A stretch of DNA of 64,000 nt, taken from contig CAYZUH010000016.1 of the NCBI GenBank assembly GCA_964481855.1, forward strand, positions 2,917 through 66,916, written 5' to 3'. The position numbers and the translations under genes are program-made. A model generated the notes under the pieces. The model did not search any database, had not been told where the DNA came from, and was given only the letters and a program-made list of their open reading frames with translations. This stretch comes from an uncultured Marinilabiliaceae bacterium (GTDB taxonomy: Bacteria; Bacteroidota; Bacteroidia; Bacteroidales; Marinilabiliaceae). Positions 1 to 9,182 of the stretch are shown one piece after another. Position 1 is the first letter of the stretch; the number at the start of each line of letters is the position of its first letter.

Positions 1-749
1 TCGCGCTGCTCGAGCAACAACTTGGCGTATGTAGTCGTCACGGTCGCTATCCATTCCGACGGGGTCCTTCCCGTAGCCGCCTTGACAAGCGTCGAGAAAT
101 GTCCGGGCGAAAGATTTGCCTGCGACGCGTACCACGACACGCTGCGCTCCACACTGTAACTCTCGTGCAGGGCAAGGATGAAGCGGTAGGCAACAATCTC
201 CTGGTTGCCAATGCCGTCCACCTGCGCCGGGTGGTTGCGGATATGGTTGCCCACAACCTCCAGCATTGTCTCGTGGCGGATTAGGTGTATCTGGTGGGCG
301 AGGAGCGTTCGCTCGTCGGCGGAAACATCTTCGGCTAGGCGACGCTGCTTTTGGCAGATTCGGGCGTATTGGAGCGCGACGTAGGAAATTTCGTCTTCAG
401 ACAGTTGCCAACAAGGGAACTCTCGCACTTTCAATGGTATTCCGGTGTCGGCGATCAGTTTGAAAATCGGGTAGAAGACTTTGAGGTCGCTGATAAACGA
501 AATGGTGCGGAAGTCGGCAGACGGGACGATGCTGTATATCTGAACAAGAGGCGTGACGACAAAGACGCCGCCTCGTGTCAATCTGAAATTTTGCTCATTT
601 ATCACGACGTCGGCGCACCCATCACTACAGAGGGCGAAACCACCCTTGTTCCAATAGCCCAAAAGCGGCGTTCCATGATGCAACACAACGCCCTTATCCC
701 CTGCCATATAGTTCATCATGCCACCCTCCGTCGTTGCAAAGATAGCCAT
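1..749 (-). CDS. AraC/XylS-family transcriptional regulator, C-terminal end cut by window edge
   Basis: Hand translation of the minus strand from ATG (749-747) is open to position 3. It reads MAIFATTEGGMMNYMAGDKG...SVSWYASQANLSPGHFSTLVKAATGKDPVEWIATVTTTYAKLLLEQR, a typical AraC HTH C-terminal domain. It is absent from the ORF track because it is truncated by the edge. Confidence 0.8.
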   Translation of the reverse strand, partial: MAIFATTEGGMMNYMAGDKGVVLHHGTPLLGYWNKGGFALCSDGCADVVINEQNFRLTRGGVFVVTPLVQIYSIVPSADFRTISFISDLKVFYPIFKLIADTGIPLKVREFPCWQLSEDEISYVALQYARICQKQRRLAEDVSADERTLLAHQIHLIRHETMLEVVGNHIRNHPAQVDGIGNQEIVAYRFILALHESYSVERSVSWYASQANLSPGHFSTLVKAATGRTPSEWIATVTTTYAKLLLEQR

Positions 750-843
750 TGTTTATGTTTCAGCCCCAGGACTCCCGACATCAATCGTGGATATTGCCTA
801 ATACTTCAGCGATATTAACCTTTCTGAATTTATGCAAACGGCT

Positions 844-851
844 TAGTTTTG
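844..851 (+). promoter_or_regulatory. Candidate Bacteroidetes -7 promoter box TAGTTTTG, with TTTC 19 nt upstream
   Basis: Matches the TAnnTTTG consensus and lies 21 nt upstream of the ATG at 872. A TTTC at 821-824 gives -33-like spacing. Confidence 0.35.
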
Positions 852-871
852 TGACATAGAGATGGAGAAAC

Positions 872-1690
872 ATGGACATTAACGACCTTACTTGGAATCC
901 GTGGCACGGCTGCCACAAGTGCAGCGAGGGATGCCAGAACTGCTACGCTTTCTTTCTCGACAAGCGCTATGGGCGCGACACAAGCCTTGTCTCGCTCAAC
1001 AAATCGAACATAGACTTCCCAACGAAGCGAGACAAGACGGGCAAATATAAATTGCCCGGCGGCTCTTTCGTGCGAGTGTGCATGACCAGCGACTTCTTCT
1101 TGGAGGAGGCCGACGCGTGGCGCGACGAGGCGTGGCACTACATCCGCCAACGCCCCGACGTCACATTCTCACTCCTCACGAAGCGCGCCGAGCGCATTGC
1201 GGACCACCTGCCACGCGATTGGGGCAACGGCTGGGACCATGTCCTGTTTGCCGTGTCTGCCGAGAACCAGCGCAGGGTCGACGAGCGCCTGCCCCACCTG
1301 CTACGTGTGCCGTCGAAGCATAAATGGGTGAGCGTGAAACCATTCATAGGCGAGGTCGACCTGTCGGAGTACCTTGCCACGGGTGGGATTGAGACGGTCC
1401 TGGCCGGCGGCGAGAATTATCTCGGCTCACGCCCCCTGCGCTACGAGTGGGTGAAGTCGCTCAACGAGCAGTGCCGGGCTGCCGGCGTGCGCCTAATCTT
1501 CGGGCAGACGGGAAATATCTTTATCAAAGACGGCAAAGAGTACAAAATCCGCAACCGTACGGAGCAGATGGTCCAGGCCCTCAAATCGGGTCTGCACTAT
1601 CCCGAAGTCGACGTGGACGCCGAGATAGCCAAGATTATGGAGCGCAAGGAGCGGATGAAGGCACTGCGCGGCAAGAAATGCGAAGAGTAA
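872..1690 (+). CDS. DUF5131 / phage Gp37-Gp68 family protein
   Basis: 272 aa. N-terminus WNPWHGCHKCSEGCQNCY carries the Cys cluster typical of PF07505-type proteins. Confidence 0.7.
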   Translation: MDINDLTWNPWHGCHKCSEGCQNCYAFFLDKRYGRDTSLVSLNKSNIDFPTKRDKTGKYKLPGGSFVRVCMTSDFFLEEADAWRDEAWHYIRQRPDVTFSLLTKRAERIADHLPRDWGNGWDHVLFAVSAENQRRVDERLPHLLRVPSKHKWVSVKPFIGEVDLSEYLATGGIETVLAGGENYLGSRPLRYEWVKSLNEQCRAAGVRLIFGQTGNIFIKDGKEYKIRNRTEQMVQALKSGLHYPEVDVDAEIAKIMERKERMKALRGKKCEE

Positions 1691-1709
1691 CCCCGAAATA
1701 CATTGAGAT

Positions 1710-2321
1710 ATGAAAAAGACGACGCAATGGTTGTATGACAACTGGATGAAGGCGACGCCCTTCCTTGCACTCTATTCGTTTATCCTGATTTGGCTCTACG
1801 TCAAAGACCAGAACTACGCCCTCTTCCTCATCTGGTTGCAGGTGCCCATCTATTGGTTTCACGAATTCGAGGAGTACGTATGCCCGGGCGGCTTCCTGGA
1901 CTTCTTCAATCGCAAGCCGCTGGGCTCAAAGCTGGGCGACTATCCGCTGACAAAGGCGGGCTCTTTCTGGATCAACATCCCGCTTGTTTACGTCCTGCTG
2001 CCCTTGGCGGGCATCGTCTCGCACTTTTGGGGTGTCGAGTGGGGGTTGTGGACCGCCTATTTCTCGGCGCTCAACGCCTTTGCCCATGTTGTGATGTTCT
2101 TCGTCTTCGGCTTCAAGTACAATCCGGGCTTGGTGGCAAGCACCTTTGTCAATATCCCGTTCGGCGTCTACATGGTGTGGTACTTCCTCTCTAACGACCT
2201 TGTATCGACGGGCGTGAATGTGGCCAGCATCATATTCGGCATCCTGGCACAAGCCTCGATGATGATATACGGCTTCGCCTACCTCGTCCCCAAAATCAAA
2301 CGCGAGGGGCTGAGAGCATAG
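1710..2321 (+). CDS. HXXEE domain-containing integral membrane protein
   Basis: 203 aa, multiple hydrophobic helices, with a WFHEFEEY (HxxEE) motif near the N-terminus. Confidence 0.65.
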   Translation: MKKTTQWLYDNWMKATPFLALYSFILIWLYVKDQNYALFLIWLQVPIYWFHEFEEYVCPGGFLDFFNRKPLGSKLGDYPLTKAGSFWINIPLVYVLLPLAGIVSHFWGVEWGLWTAYFSALNAFAHVVMFFVFGFKYNPGLVASTFVNIPFGVYMVWYFLSNDLVSTGVNVASIIFGILAQASMMIYGFAYLVPKIKREGLRA

Positions 2322-2383
2322 CCGGCCCCGCACAGTCCAGGCCGCGGCCCCAAGGCGGACAAGGCCGGCCTTTGCGGCGGCAG

Positions 2384-2436
2384 AAAAAAAGGACGCTGAC
2401 GGAAAAGAGGGACACATCCTTCTTTTTCGTCAGCGT
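2384..2436 (-). terminator. Rho-independent terminator after the tRNA-Tyr/tRNA-Ser pair
   Basis: The minus strand reads acgctgacgaaaaagaagg..ccctcttttccgtcagcgt, a stem of at least 9 bp perfect plus an extension, followed by CCTTTTTTTCT. Confidence 0.6.
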
Positions 2437-2524
2437 TTACCTGTGGCGCACACCTCCTTGCGCTTTTGGAGGGTACAAAAAAAAGGCTTAAATCTCGCAA
2501 CCACGAAATCTAAACCTCCTGCGG

Positions 2525-2611
2525 CGGAGAGACAGGGATTCGAACCCTGGATACAGTCACCTGTATGCCGCATTTCGAGTGCGGTACAATCGACCACTCT
2601 GCCATCTCTCC
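2525..2611 (-). tRNA. tRNA-Ser (anticodon CGA), class II with long variable arm
   Basis: The reverse complement reads ggagagatggcagagtggtcgattgtaccgcactCGAaatgcggc...ggttcgaatccctgtctctcc. It has a 7-bp acceptor stem, a TPsiC loop ggttcgaatcc and anticodon loop cuCGAaa. Confidence 0.9.
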
Positions 2612-2626
2612 AAAGAAACCGAGCTG

Positions 2627-2707
2627 TGGGAGGTGAAGGATTCGAACCTACGAAGCCGAAGCAGCAGATTTACAGTCTGTCCCATTTGACCACTCTGGAA
2701 ACCTCCC
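2627..2707 (-). tRNA. tRNA-Tyr (anticodon GTA)
   Basis: The reverse complement reads gggaggtttccagagtggtcaaatgggacagactGTAaatctg...ggttcgaatccttcacctccca, with anticodon loop cuGUAaa and a long variable arm. Confidence 0.88.
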
Positions 2708-2812
2708 TTTTGCGAGTGCAAATTTCGCACTTTCCGATTTAATACGCAATAGCCAAGCGCATTTTTTTCGCCATCAACACACAATGCGCACATTGCCCCC
2801 AAAAGACGACAA

Positions 2813-3313
2813 TCACAGCAACAATTGAAAATCCACGACATCGAGCCAACGCCCGAATTTGACCCCGACTTGGCTGAAATGCGAGACCTGCCGAAAGCCC
2901 AACCCTTGATGCATATGAATGCTGCTTTCATTTCCGCCCGTGATGCAGGCCACCAACGCATGCGCCCCAGCGCTCCGGCACTCCTCAATCAGACGCTCCA
3001 CCAGCCTCTTGCCGACGCCCCTCCCCACCGATGCGCCAGCCACGTAGACAGTGGTCTCCCACGTCCGCTCGTAGGCCGCCCGGTCTTTCCACTGATGGGC
3101 GTAGCAGAATCCGCACACAGCCCCGTCGGCCTCGCAGACCAAGTATGGATAGCGCGATGATACGTCCTCAATCCGACGGGACATTTCGAGCCGCGAAAGA
3201 GGCTCAACCTCAAAGGTGGCAACACTGTCCAGCACATAGGCATTGTAGATGTCGGCAATAGCCCCCGCATCTTGCGCAGAGACTCTCCGTATCACGGCAT
3301 TGAACTCAGTCAT
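2813..3313 (-). CDS. GNAT family N-acetyltransferase (phosphinothricin-acetyltransferase-like)
   Basis: 166 aa. IRRVSAQDAGAIADIYNAYV...VYVAGASVGRGVGKRLVERLIEECRSAGAHALVA is a typical GNAT acetyl-CoA binding region (R/Q-x-x-G-x-G/A). Confidence 0.8.
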   Translation of the reverse strand: MTEFNAVIRRVSAQDAGAIADIYNAYVLDSVATFEVEPLSRLEMSRRIEDVSSRYPYLVCEADGAVCGFCYAHQWKDRAAYERTWETTVYVAGASVGRGVGKRLVERLIEECRSAGAHALVACITGGNESSIHMHQGLGFRQVSHFSQVGVKFGRWLDVVDFQLLL

Positions 3314-3324
3314 TGAGGTAGGGG

Positions 3325-3361
3325 AAAAAGCCTGCCGCCGCTTTCCGCTGCGGCGGCAGGC
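3325..3361 (-). terminator. Rho-independent terminator after the cobW-like gene
   Basis: Perfect 12-bp GC stem gcctgccgccgc/gcggcggcaggc with an 8-nt loop, followed on the minus strand by TTTTTCCCC. It lies 43 nt after the stop at 3404. Confidence 0.65.
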
Positions 3362-3403
3362 GCGTTGGCATATGCGGACACTCCAGGGCGAAATGGTTCC
3401 GCC

Positions 3404-4540
3404 CTACTCGCCAAGGCAGGCGTCCAAGTCCGCCTCAATCTTCTTCTTGTCGAGGTTCTGCCCGATGACGCACAGCTTAATCATGCGGTCGCCATAGAGG
3501 TCGTCCCAATCGGCCTCTATGGCCGGATTCTCCTCCAGGAGCCTCTTGCGGTCCGCGTCGGGGGCAGAGGCTATCCACTTGCCCGTGGCCTGAAGCTGCA
3601 CCTGCTGGCCGGATGTCTCGAAGAGCAGCGCCATGTCGCGGTCGTCGTCGAACCAGATGATGCCCTTGCAACGGATGATGTTGCGCGGCCACTTGCGGAT
3701 GTAGAAATCGAGCTTGTTGCGGTCGAACGGGGCGCGACGGTGATAAATCATCGTGCCGATGCCGTACTCGTCCTCCTCCTCGTCCTCGTGGCGATGCTCG
3801 TGGTGGTGGTGCTCGTGGCCGTCGTGGTCGTCATCCTCGTCGTCGGCCTCACCCTCCTCCAAGGCCTTGCACCAGCCGGCGCTTGCGTAGACCTCGGCAA
3901 AATCGAAGCTCCCCGTGGCGAGCATCTCCGCCACGTCGACCTTGCCGTGGTCGGTCTCCAAGATTCTGACATTGGGGTGTATGGCGTTGATGACCGCGCG
4001 GACCTTACGGAACTGCTCCTCGGTCACCAAGTCTTTCTTGTTGATTACCAAAGTGGAGCAGAACTCAATCTGCTGGACGAGGAGGCTCTCAATGTCCTCC
4101 TCGTCTTTGTCTTTGAGGAGCGCGTCGCCGCTTGCGAACTCGTCGACAAGCCTCTTGGCATCGACGACGCCAACCACATTGTCCAGCTTCCCGTTCTGAA
4201 TTGTCTCAAGCTCCTGCGCAATAGGCATCGGCTCGCAGACCCCCGACGCCTCGATGAGGATGTAGTCGTACTTGCCGGAAGCAATAAGCTCCTCGATGTC
4301 TTGCGCCAACTGCGTCTTGAGCGTGCAGCATATGCACCCGTTGGTCAGCGGGACGATGCTCGACGTGTCGGTGATGTTCGCCCCCTTGGCAATGAGCCTC
4401 TCGTCGACATTGACCTCGCCGATGTCGTTGACAATCACTGCGACCTTGTAGCCTTTCTGGTTGTTGAGGACATGGTTGAGCAGCGTGGTCTTCCCCGCCC
4501 CGAGGTAGCCGCACAGCAGTGTTATAGGTGTCTTCTTCAT
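3404..4540 (-). CDS. CobW/COG0523-family GTPase (putative zinc metallochaperone) with His-rich insert
   Basis: Start trimmed to MKKTPITLLCGYLGAGKTTLLNHVLNN (P-loop). It has the CICCTLK (CxCC) motif and a DDDHDGHEHHHHEHRHEDEEEDE stretch. The first 44 codons of the track ORF overlap valS and are discarded. Confidence 0.85.
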   Translation of the reverse strand: MKKTPITLLCGYLGAGKTTLLNHVLNNQKGYKVAVIVNDIGEVNVDERLIAKGANITDTSSIVPLTNGCICCTLKTQLAQDIEELIASGKYDYILIEASGVCEPMPIAQELETIQNGKLDNVVGVVDAKRLVDEFASGDALLKDKDEEDIESLLVQQIEFCSTLVINKKDLVTEEQFRKVRAVINAIHPNVRILETDHGKVDVAEMLATGSFDFAEVYASAGWCKALEEGEADDEDDDHDGHEHHHHEHRHEDEEEDEYGIGTMIYHRRAPFDRNKLDFYIRKWPRNIIRCKGIIWFDDDRDMALLFETSGQQVQLQATGKWIASAPDADRKRLLEENPAIEADWDDLYGDRMIKLCVIGQNLDKKKIEADLDACLGE

Positions 4541-4565
4541 TTGGATTTTGATATAAAAGTTGTTG

Positions 4566-7190
4566 TCATCGCAGGTTCGCCAGGCTCTCCTCCAGGGCTG
4601 CAATCTTCTGCAACGCGTCCGCCTCCTTCTTGCGCTCCATCTCGACGACCTGCGCAGGCGCGCCCGCCACAAACCTCTCGTTGGCGAGCTTCTTGCGCAC
4701 TCCGGCCAAGAAGCCCTGCAACCTCTTCAGCTCGGCCTCCTGCTTTGCGACCTCGGCGTCCTTGTCGATGAGGTCGCCAATGGGCACGGCATATTCCGTC
4801 GTGCCGACCATGAACGACACCGAGCTGGCCGGCTTAGCCTCGACGACGGCGACGCCGCTGACGAAAGCGAGCCACTTGGTGAGCTCTGCCAAGCCCGGCA
4901 CGGGGTCCGCCCCGACGACAACCAGGTCCAGCTCCTTCTTGGGAGGCAGAGCTTTTTGGCTGCGCACCATTCGTACGGAGGAGACCACACTCTTGAGGTG
5001 CTCGAACCTGTCGATGGTCTCACCGTCGGCCGGCAGGACATCGGCGCCCCGGAGCCGCGCCGTCATGATGCTGGCCCCCGTCTCACGCTCGTAGAGGTTC
5101 TGCCACAGCTCCTCGGTGATGAACGGCATGAAAGGATGCAGGAGCATGAGAAGCTGCTCAAAATACTCCAAAGTGGCGTCGAGCGTCCGGCGGTCGATGG
5201 GCGTCCCGAACTCGGGCTTGACCATCTCCAGGTACCATGCGGAGAACTCGTCCCAGAAGAGCTTGTATATGGCCATGAGGGCCTCGCTTAGCCTGTACTT
5301 GGTGAAGAGGTCGGCCACCTCGGCCTGCGTCCGCCGCAAGACGGCGCCGAACCACTCCACGGCTTGCGCCGCCCTAAGTGGTTGCTCGCCGTCGGTCACC
5401 TGCCACCCCTTGACAAGCCTGAAAGCGTTCCAAATCTTGTTGTTGAAGTTGCGTCCCTGCTCGCAGAGGGCGTCGTCGAAAAGGATGTCGTTGCCGGCCG
5501 GGGCGGAGAGCATCATCCCCATTCGCACACCATCGGCCCCATAGCGCGCAATGAGGTCGAGCGGGTCGGGCGAGTTGCCCAGCTGCTTGCTCATCTTGCG
5601 CCCTTGCTTGTCGCGGACGATGCCGGTGAAGTAGACATTGCGGAACGGCATGCGGCCCTCGTAGTGGTAGCCCGCCATAATCATGCGCGCGACCCAGAAG
5701 AAGATGATGTCGGGGCCCGTGACAAGGTCGGACGTCGGATAGTAGTATCGCATCTCCTCGTTGCCTGGATTGCAGATGCCGTCGAAAAGCGAGATGGGCC
5801 ACAGCCACGACGAGAACCACGTGTCGAGGCAGTCGTCGTCTTGTCGCAGATCGCCAATCTCGATTGGGTAGTCCGCTTTCTGACGCGCAAGCCTCAACGC
5901 CTCGTCGGCGCTCTCCGCCACGACGAAGCCGCCCTGAGGCAGGTAGTAGGCCGGGATCCGATGTCCCCACCAAAGCTGGCGGCTGATGCACCAGTCCTTG
6001 ATGTTCTCCATCCAATGGCGGTAGGTGTTCTTGTACTTGGCCGGATAGAACTTCACGTCGTCGTTCATGACGGCCTCCAATGCCGGCTTGGCCAAAGACT
6101 CCATCTTGAGGAACCACTGCATGGAGAGCTTGGGCTCTATGGGGACGTTAGTCCTCTCCGAGAACCCGACCTTGTTGGTGTAGTCCTCGACTTTCTCCAA
6201 CAGACCGGCGTCTCGGAGGTCTCCCTCAATCTTCTCGCGGACGTCGAAGCGGTCCATACCGACATAGAGACCCGCCGCCTCGCTCAGGGTGCCGTTGTCG
6301 TTGAAGATGTCTATCGACGGGAGGTTGTATTTCTCTCCCAGCATATAGTCGTTGATGTCGTGGGCCGGCGTCACCTTGAGGCAGCCCGTGCCGAACTCAA
6401 TGTCGACATACTCGTCCTCAATCACGGGGATGGGGCGCCCGACGAGCGGCACAATGACTCTCTTGCCGCGCAGCCACTGGTTCTTGGGGTCGTTGGGGTT
6501 GATGCACATGGCGGTGTCGCCCATAATCGTCTCCGGGCGCGTCGTGGCGACCACGGCATACCTGTCCTCCTCGCCCTCGACACGGTAGCGGAGGTAATAG
6601 AGCTTGCCTTGGTGCTCGCGGTATATCACCTCCTCGTCGGAGAGTGCCGTGAGCGCCTTTGGGTCCCAGTTGACCATGCGTACGCCCCTGTAGATAAGCC
6701 CCTTGGCATAGAGGTCGCAGAAGACACGGATGACGCTCTTGGAGCGCTCCTCGTCCATAGTGAAAGCCGTGCGGTCCCAATCGCACGACGCCCCGAGCTT
6801 GCGGAGCTGCTTGAGAATTATGCCTCCGTGCTCATTCGTCCAGTCCCACACATGGCGCAGGAACTCGTCGCGCGAGAGGTCTGTCTTCTTTATGCCCTCC
6901 TTGGCGAGCTTGGCGACAACCTTGGCCTCGGTGGCAATCGAGGCGTGATCCGTCCCCGGCACCCACAGCGCATTGAACCCCATCATCCTGGCACGTCGCA
7001 CAAGAATGTCTTGTATGGTGTTGTTCAGCATATGGCCCATGTGGAGGACGCCCGTCACGTTTGGCGGCGGGATTACGACCGTGAAAGGCTTTCGCCCGTC
7101 GGGCTTCGACTTGAAGAGGCCATTGTCTAGCCAATATTGATACCACCTCGCCTCAATCTCGTCGGGGCTATACTTTGCTGAAATCTCCAT
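4566..7190 (-). CDS. valS: Valine--tRNA ligase
   Basis: 874 aa from [20 protein letters not shown]. It has the class I HIGH-type motif [21 protein letters not shown] (KMSKS) and a C-terminal coiled coil. Confidence 0.97.
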   Translation of the reverse strand: MEISAKYSPDEIEARWYQYWLDNGLFKSKPDGRKPFTVVIPPPNVTGVLHMGHMLNNTIQDILVRRARMMGFNALWVPGTDHASIATEAKVVAKLAKEGIKKTDLSRDEFLRHVWDWTNEHGGIILKQLRKLGASCDWDRTAFTMDEERSKSVIRVFCDLYAKGLIYRGVRMVNWDPKALTALSDEEVIYREHQGKLYYLRYRVEGEEDRYAVVATTRPETIMGDTAMCINPNDPKNQWLRGKRVIVPLVGRPIPVIEDEYVDIEFGTGCLKVTPAHDINDYMLGEKYNLPSIDIFNDNGTLSEAAGLYVGMDRFDVREKIEGDLRDAGLLEKVEDYTNKVGFSERTNVPIEPKLSMQWFLKMESLAKPALEAVMNDDVKFYPAKYKNTYRHWMENIKDWCISRQLWWGHRIPAYYLPQGGFVVAESADEALRLARQKADYPIEIGDLRQDDDCLDTWFSSWLWPISLFDGICNPGNEEMRYYYPTSDLVTGPDIIFFWVARMIMAGYHYEGRMPFRNVYFTGIVRDKQGRKMSKQLGNSPDPLDLIARYGADGVRMGMMLSAPAGNDILFDDALCEQGRNFNNKIWNAFRLVKGWQVTDGEQPLRAAQAVEWFGAVLRRTQAEVADLFTKYRLSEALMAIYKLFWDEFSAWYLEMVKPEFGTPIDRRTLDATLEYFEQLLMLLHPFMPFITEELWQNLYERETGASIMTARLRGADVLPADGETIDRFEHLKSVVSSVRMVRSQKALPPKKELDLVVVGADPVPGLAELTKWLAFVSGVAVVEAKPASSVSFMVGTTEYAVPIGDLIDKDAEVAKQEAELKRLQGFLAGVRKKLANERFVAGAPAQVVEMERKKEADALQKIAALEESLANLR

Positions 7191-7223
7191 TTCTCCGTGT
7201 CTAGATAAGATAACTTTTGGCGG

Positions 7224-7231
7224 CAAAGTTA
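7224..7231 (-). promoter_or_regulatory. Candidate -7 promoter box TAACTTTG upstream of valS
   Basis: TAnnTTTG match on the minus strand, 34-41 nt upstream of the valS ATG at 7190. No well-spaced -33 TTTG is present. Confidence 0.3.
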
Positions 7232-7321
7232 GCCATTTTTCGCGCCACTCTCCACGAAAGCGACGGGGGCGACGCCAAACACCGGCATCGCCCCCAGAGC
7301 TCAAAAAAATCTACCCGGACG

Positions 7322-7906
7322 TCAGACCATCCCCGAGAATCCGACAAAAGCCATGGCCATGAGGCCGGCTGTGAGGAGGGCGATGGGCGTGCCGCGCAAA
7401 GCCTTGGGCACATCCATGAGGTCGAGGTGCTCGCGCAAGACTGAGAAGAGAATAAGCGCGAGGCCGTAGCCCACGGCCGTGGCAATGGCGAAGACGACGC
7501 CCCGAACGAGGTCGTAGCTGCCGTCGGCCACGCCGTTGCCGACAATGATGGCGACGCCAAGGATGCAACAGTTGGTCGTGATGAGCGGCAGGAAGACGCC
7601 GAGCGCGGCGTAGAGCGACGGAGACATCTTCTTGAGAATGATCTCGACCATCTGCACCAGCGCGGCAATGACAAGGATGAAGAGTATTGTCTGCATATAC
7701 TCAATGTGGAACGCATTGAGGACGTACTTCTGCAGGGCGTAGGTGACAATCGTCGCCAAGGTCAGGACGAAAGTCACCGCCGCGCTCATCCCGGCGGCCG
7801 TGGAGAGCTTCTTTGACACCCCAAGGAACGGGCATATGCCCAAGAACTGCGACAACACAATGTTGTTCACAAAAATTGCCGATATGGCCAAAAGGATATA
7901 CTCCAT
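7322..7906 (-). CDS. rnfA: Rnf electron transport complex subunit A
   Basis: 194 aa polytopic membrane protein. MEYILLAISAIFVNNIVLSQFLGICPFLGVS is typical of RnfA/RsxA, and it is the last gene of the rnf cluster. Confidence 0.9.
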   Translation of the reverse strand: MEYILLAISAIFVNNIVLSQFLGICPFLGVSKKLSTAAGMSAAVTFVLTLATIVTYALQKYVLNAFHIEYMQTILFILVIAALVQMVEIILKKMSPSLYAALGVFLPLITTNCCILGVAIIVGNGVADGSYDLVRGVVFAIATAVGYGLALILFSVLREHLDLMDVPKALRGTPIALLTAGLMAMAFVGFSGMV

Positions 7907-7911
7907 GACAG

Positions 7912-8499
7912 CTAGGCTTTCTTAGTGATTTTGTTGACGATGACGATGAGGTAGGCCAAAGCGATGAAAGCCCCGGGGGCCAGGACGAACGCCAGGATGC
8001 CGTACTCGTCGCTCCACAGCTTAAGGCCGAAGACCATGCCCGAACCGAGAATCTCACGCACGGACCCGAGGACCGTCAGCGCGAGGGTGAACCCCAGACC
8101 GCAGCCCACGCCGTCGCACATGGCGTCGAAAGGAGTGTTCTTGGCGGCAAACGACTCCGCGCGCCCCAAGACAATGCAGTTGACGACGATGAGCGGGATG
8201 AAGAGCCCAAGCGAGGCATACAGGCTCGGGACGTAGGCCTTCATGAGCATCTCCAGGACCGTAACAAAAGTGGCGATGATGACAATGAACGACGGAATCC
8301 GGACCATGTCGGGGATGAGGTTCTTGACGAGCGCAATGGCGGTGTTGCTGCAGGCCAGGACGACAAGCGTGGCGAAACCCATGCCCAGGCCGTTGATTGC
8401 GGAAGTCGTGGTCCCGAGCGTGGGACACATTCCGAGCAGGAGGACGAAAGTAGGGTTCTCCTTGACTATGCCGTTGAGAATAATCTTTAGTTTGTTCAT
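7912..8499 (-). CDS. rnfE: Rnf electron transport complex subunit E
   Basis: 195 aa. NPTFVLLLGMCPTLGTTTSAINGLGMG is typical of RnfE/RsxE. Confidence 0.9.
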   Translation of the reverse strand: MNKLKIILNGIVKENPTFVLLLGMCPTLGTTTSAINGLGMGFATLVVLACSNTAIALVKNLIPDMVRIPSFIVIIATFVTVLEMLMKAYVPSLYASLGLFIPLIVVNCIVLGRAESFAAKNTPFDAMCDGVGCGLGFTLALTVLGSVREILGSGMVFGLKLWSDEYGILAFVLAPGAFIALAYLIVIVNKITKKA

Positions 8500-8522
8500 A
8501 TCCTACGGATTACGTTTTTCTC

Positions 8523-9182
8523 CTATTCGTTGTCACTCAAAACAACCGATACGGCGGGCGACTGCTGCCCGCCCCCATTCACCGTCGCCCCAGTGACCCC
8601 ATGCGGCTGCTCGCCGGCAATAACGTCATACTCCAAGTTGATGGCCCTGAGGAACGCGCGGCTCGTTATCGTCGACGCCGTAATGGCGTCGACATTGCCC
8701 CCGTCTTTCTTGACGCTGAGCCTCTGCAGGCCGGGGTTCATCCCGATGATGTCCCCCTTCTGGCCCTTCTGAAACCACGTATCGGCCTTGGCCCCCAGCC
8801 CGGGGGTCTCGGCGGTGGCGAGAATCTCGTAGCCGAGGATGGCGCCGTCGTTGTCGAAGCCGGTCAATATCGTCAGCCCGGGCGAGAACGCCGACACCGT
8901 GGTCTTGACCGCCTTGCCGATGACGCTGCCGTTCACCTCGGCGGTATACACGGTGTAGGTAGCCCCGCCGCTCTCGACCTCGTCGGTGCTTACGACAGTC
9001 AGAGCGCCGTCCCCCCCGGCCAACATTACCTTTTTGATGCCGTCCTCGAGCGTCTGCTTCTCAATCTGCGCGATGGCATCCTTGGTGAGCTGCTGCATGA
9101 CGCCCAGGAGACCGGCGGCGACGAGGGTCACAGTCGTCAAGACAATGACCATGTTTGGCAACGTTGATGCTAACTTCTTCAT
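8523..9182 (-). CDS. rnfG: Rnf electron transport complex subunit G (FMN-binding)
   Basis: 219 aa with an N-terminal anchor helix and the FMN-attachment-like motif DAITASTITS. Its start makes an ATGA overlap with the rnfD stop. Confidence 0.85.
   Translation of the reverse strand: MKKLASTLPNMVIVLTTVTLVAAGLLGVMQQLTKDAIAQIEKQTLEDGIKKVMLAGGDGALTVVSTDEVESGGATYTVYTAEVNGSVIGKAVKTTVSAFSPGLTILTGFDNDGAILGYEILATAETPGLGAKADTWFQKGQKGDIIGMNPGLQRLSVKKDGGNVDAITASTITSRAFLRAINLEYDVIAGEQPHGVTGATVNGGGQQSPAVSVVLSDNE

Noticed and set aside
2322-2380. GC-rich palindromic stretch (aaggccggcctt) after the HXXEE gene as its terminator
   Set aside because: The palindrome has no loop and no following T-run. The convincing terminator structure in this gap (2384-2436) is oriented for the minus-strand tRNAs.
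7265-7295. Hairpin gggggcga-N15-tcgccccc between rnfA and valS as a terminator
   Set aside because: On the transcribed (minus) strand the T-run lies before the stem, not after it, and the plus strand has an A-run after it. It is not a canonical intrinsic terminator in either direction, though it may still be a weak or bidirectional element.
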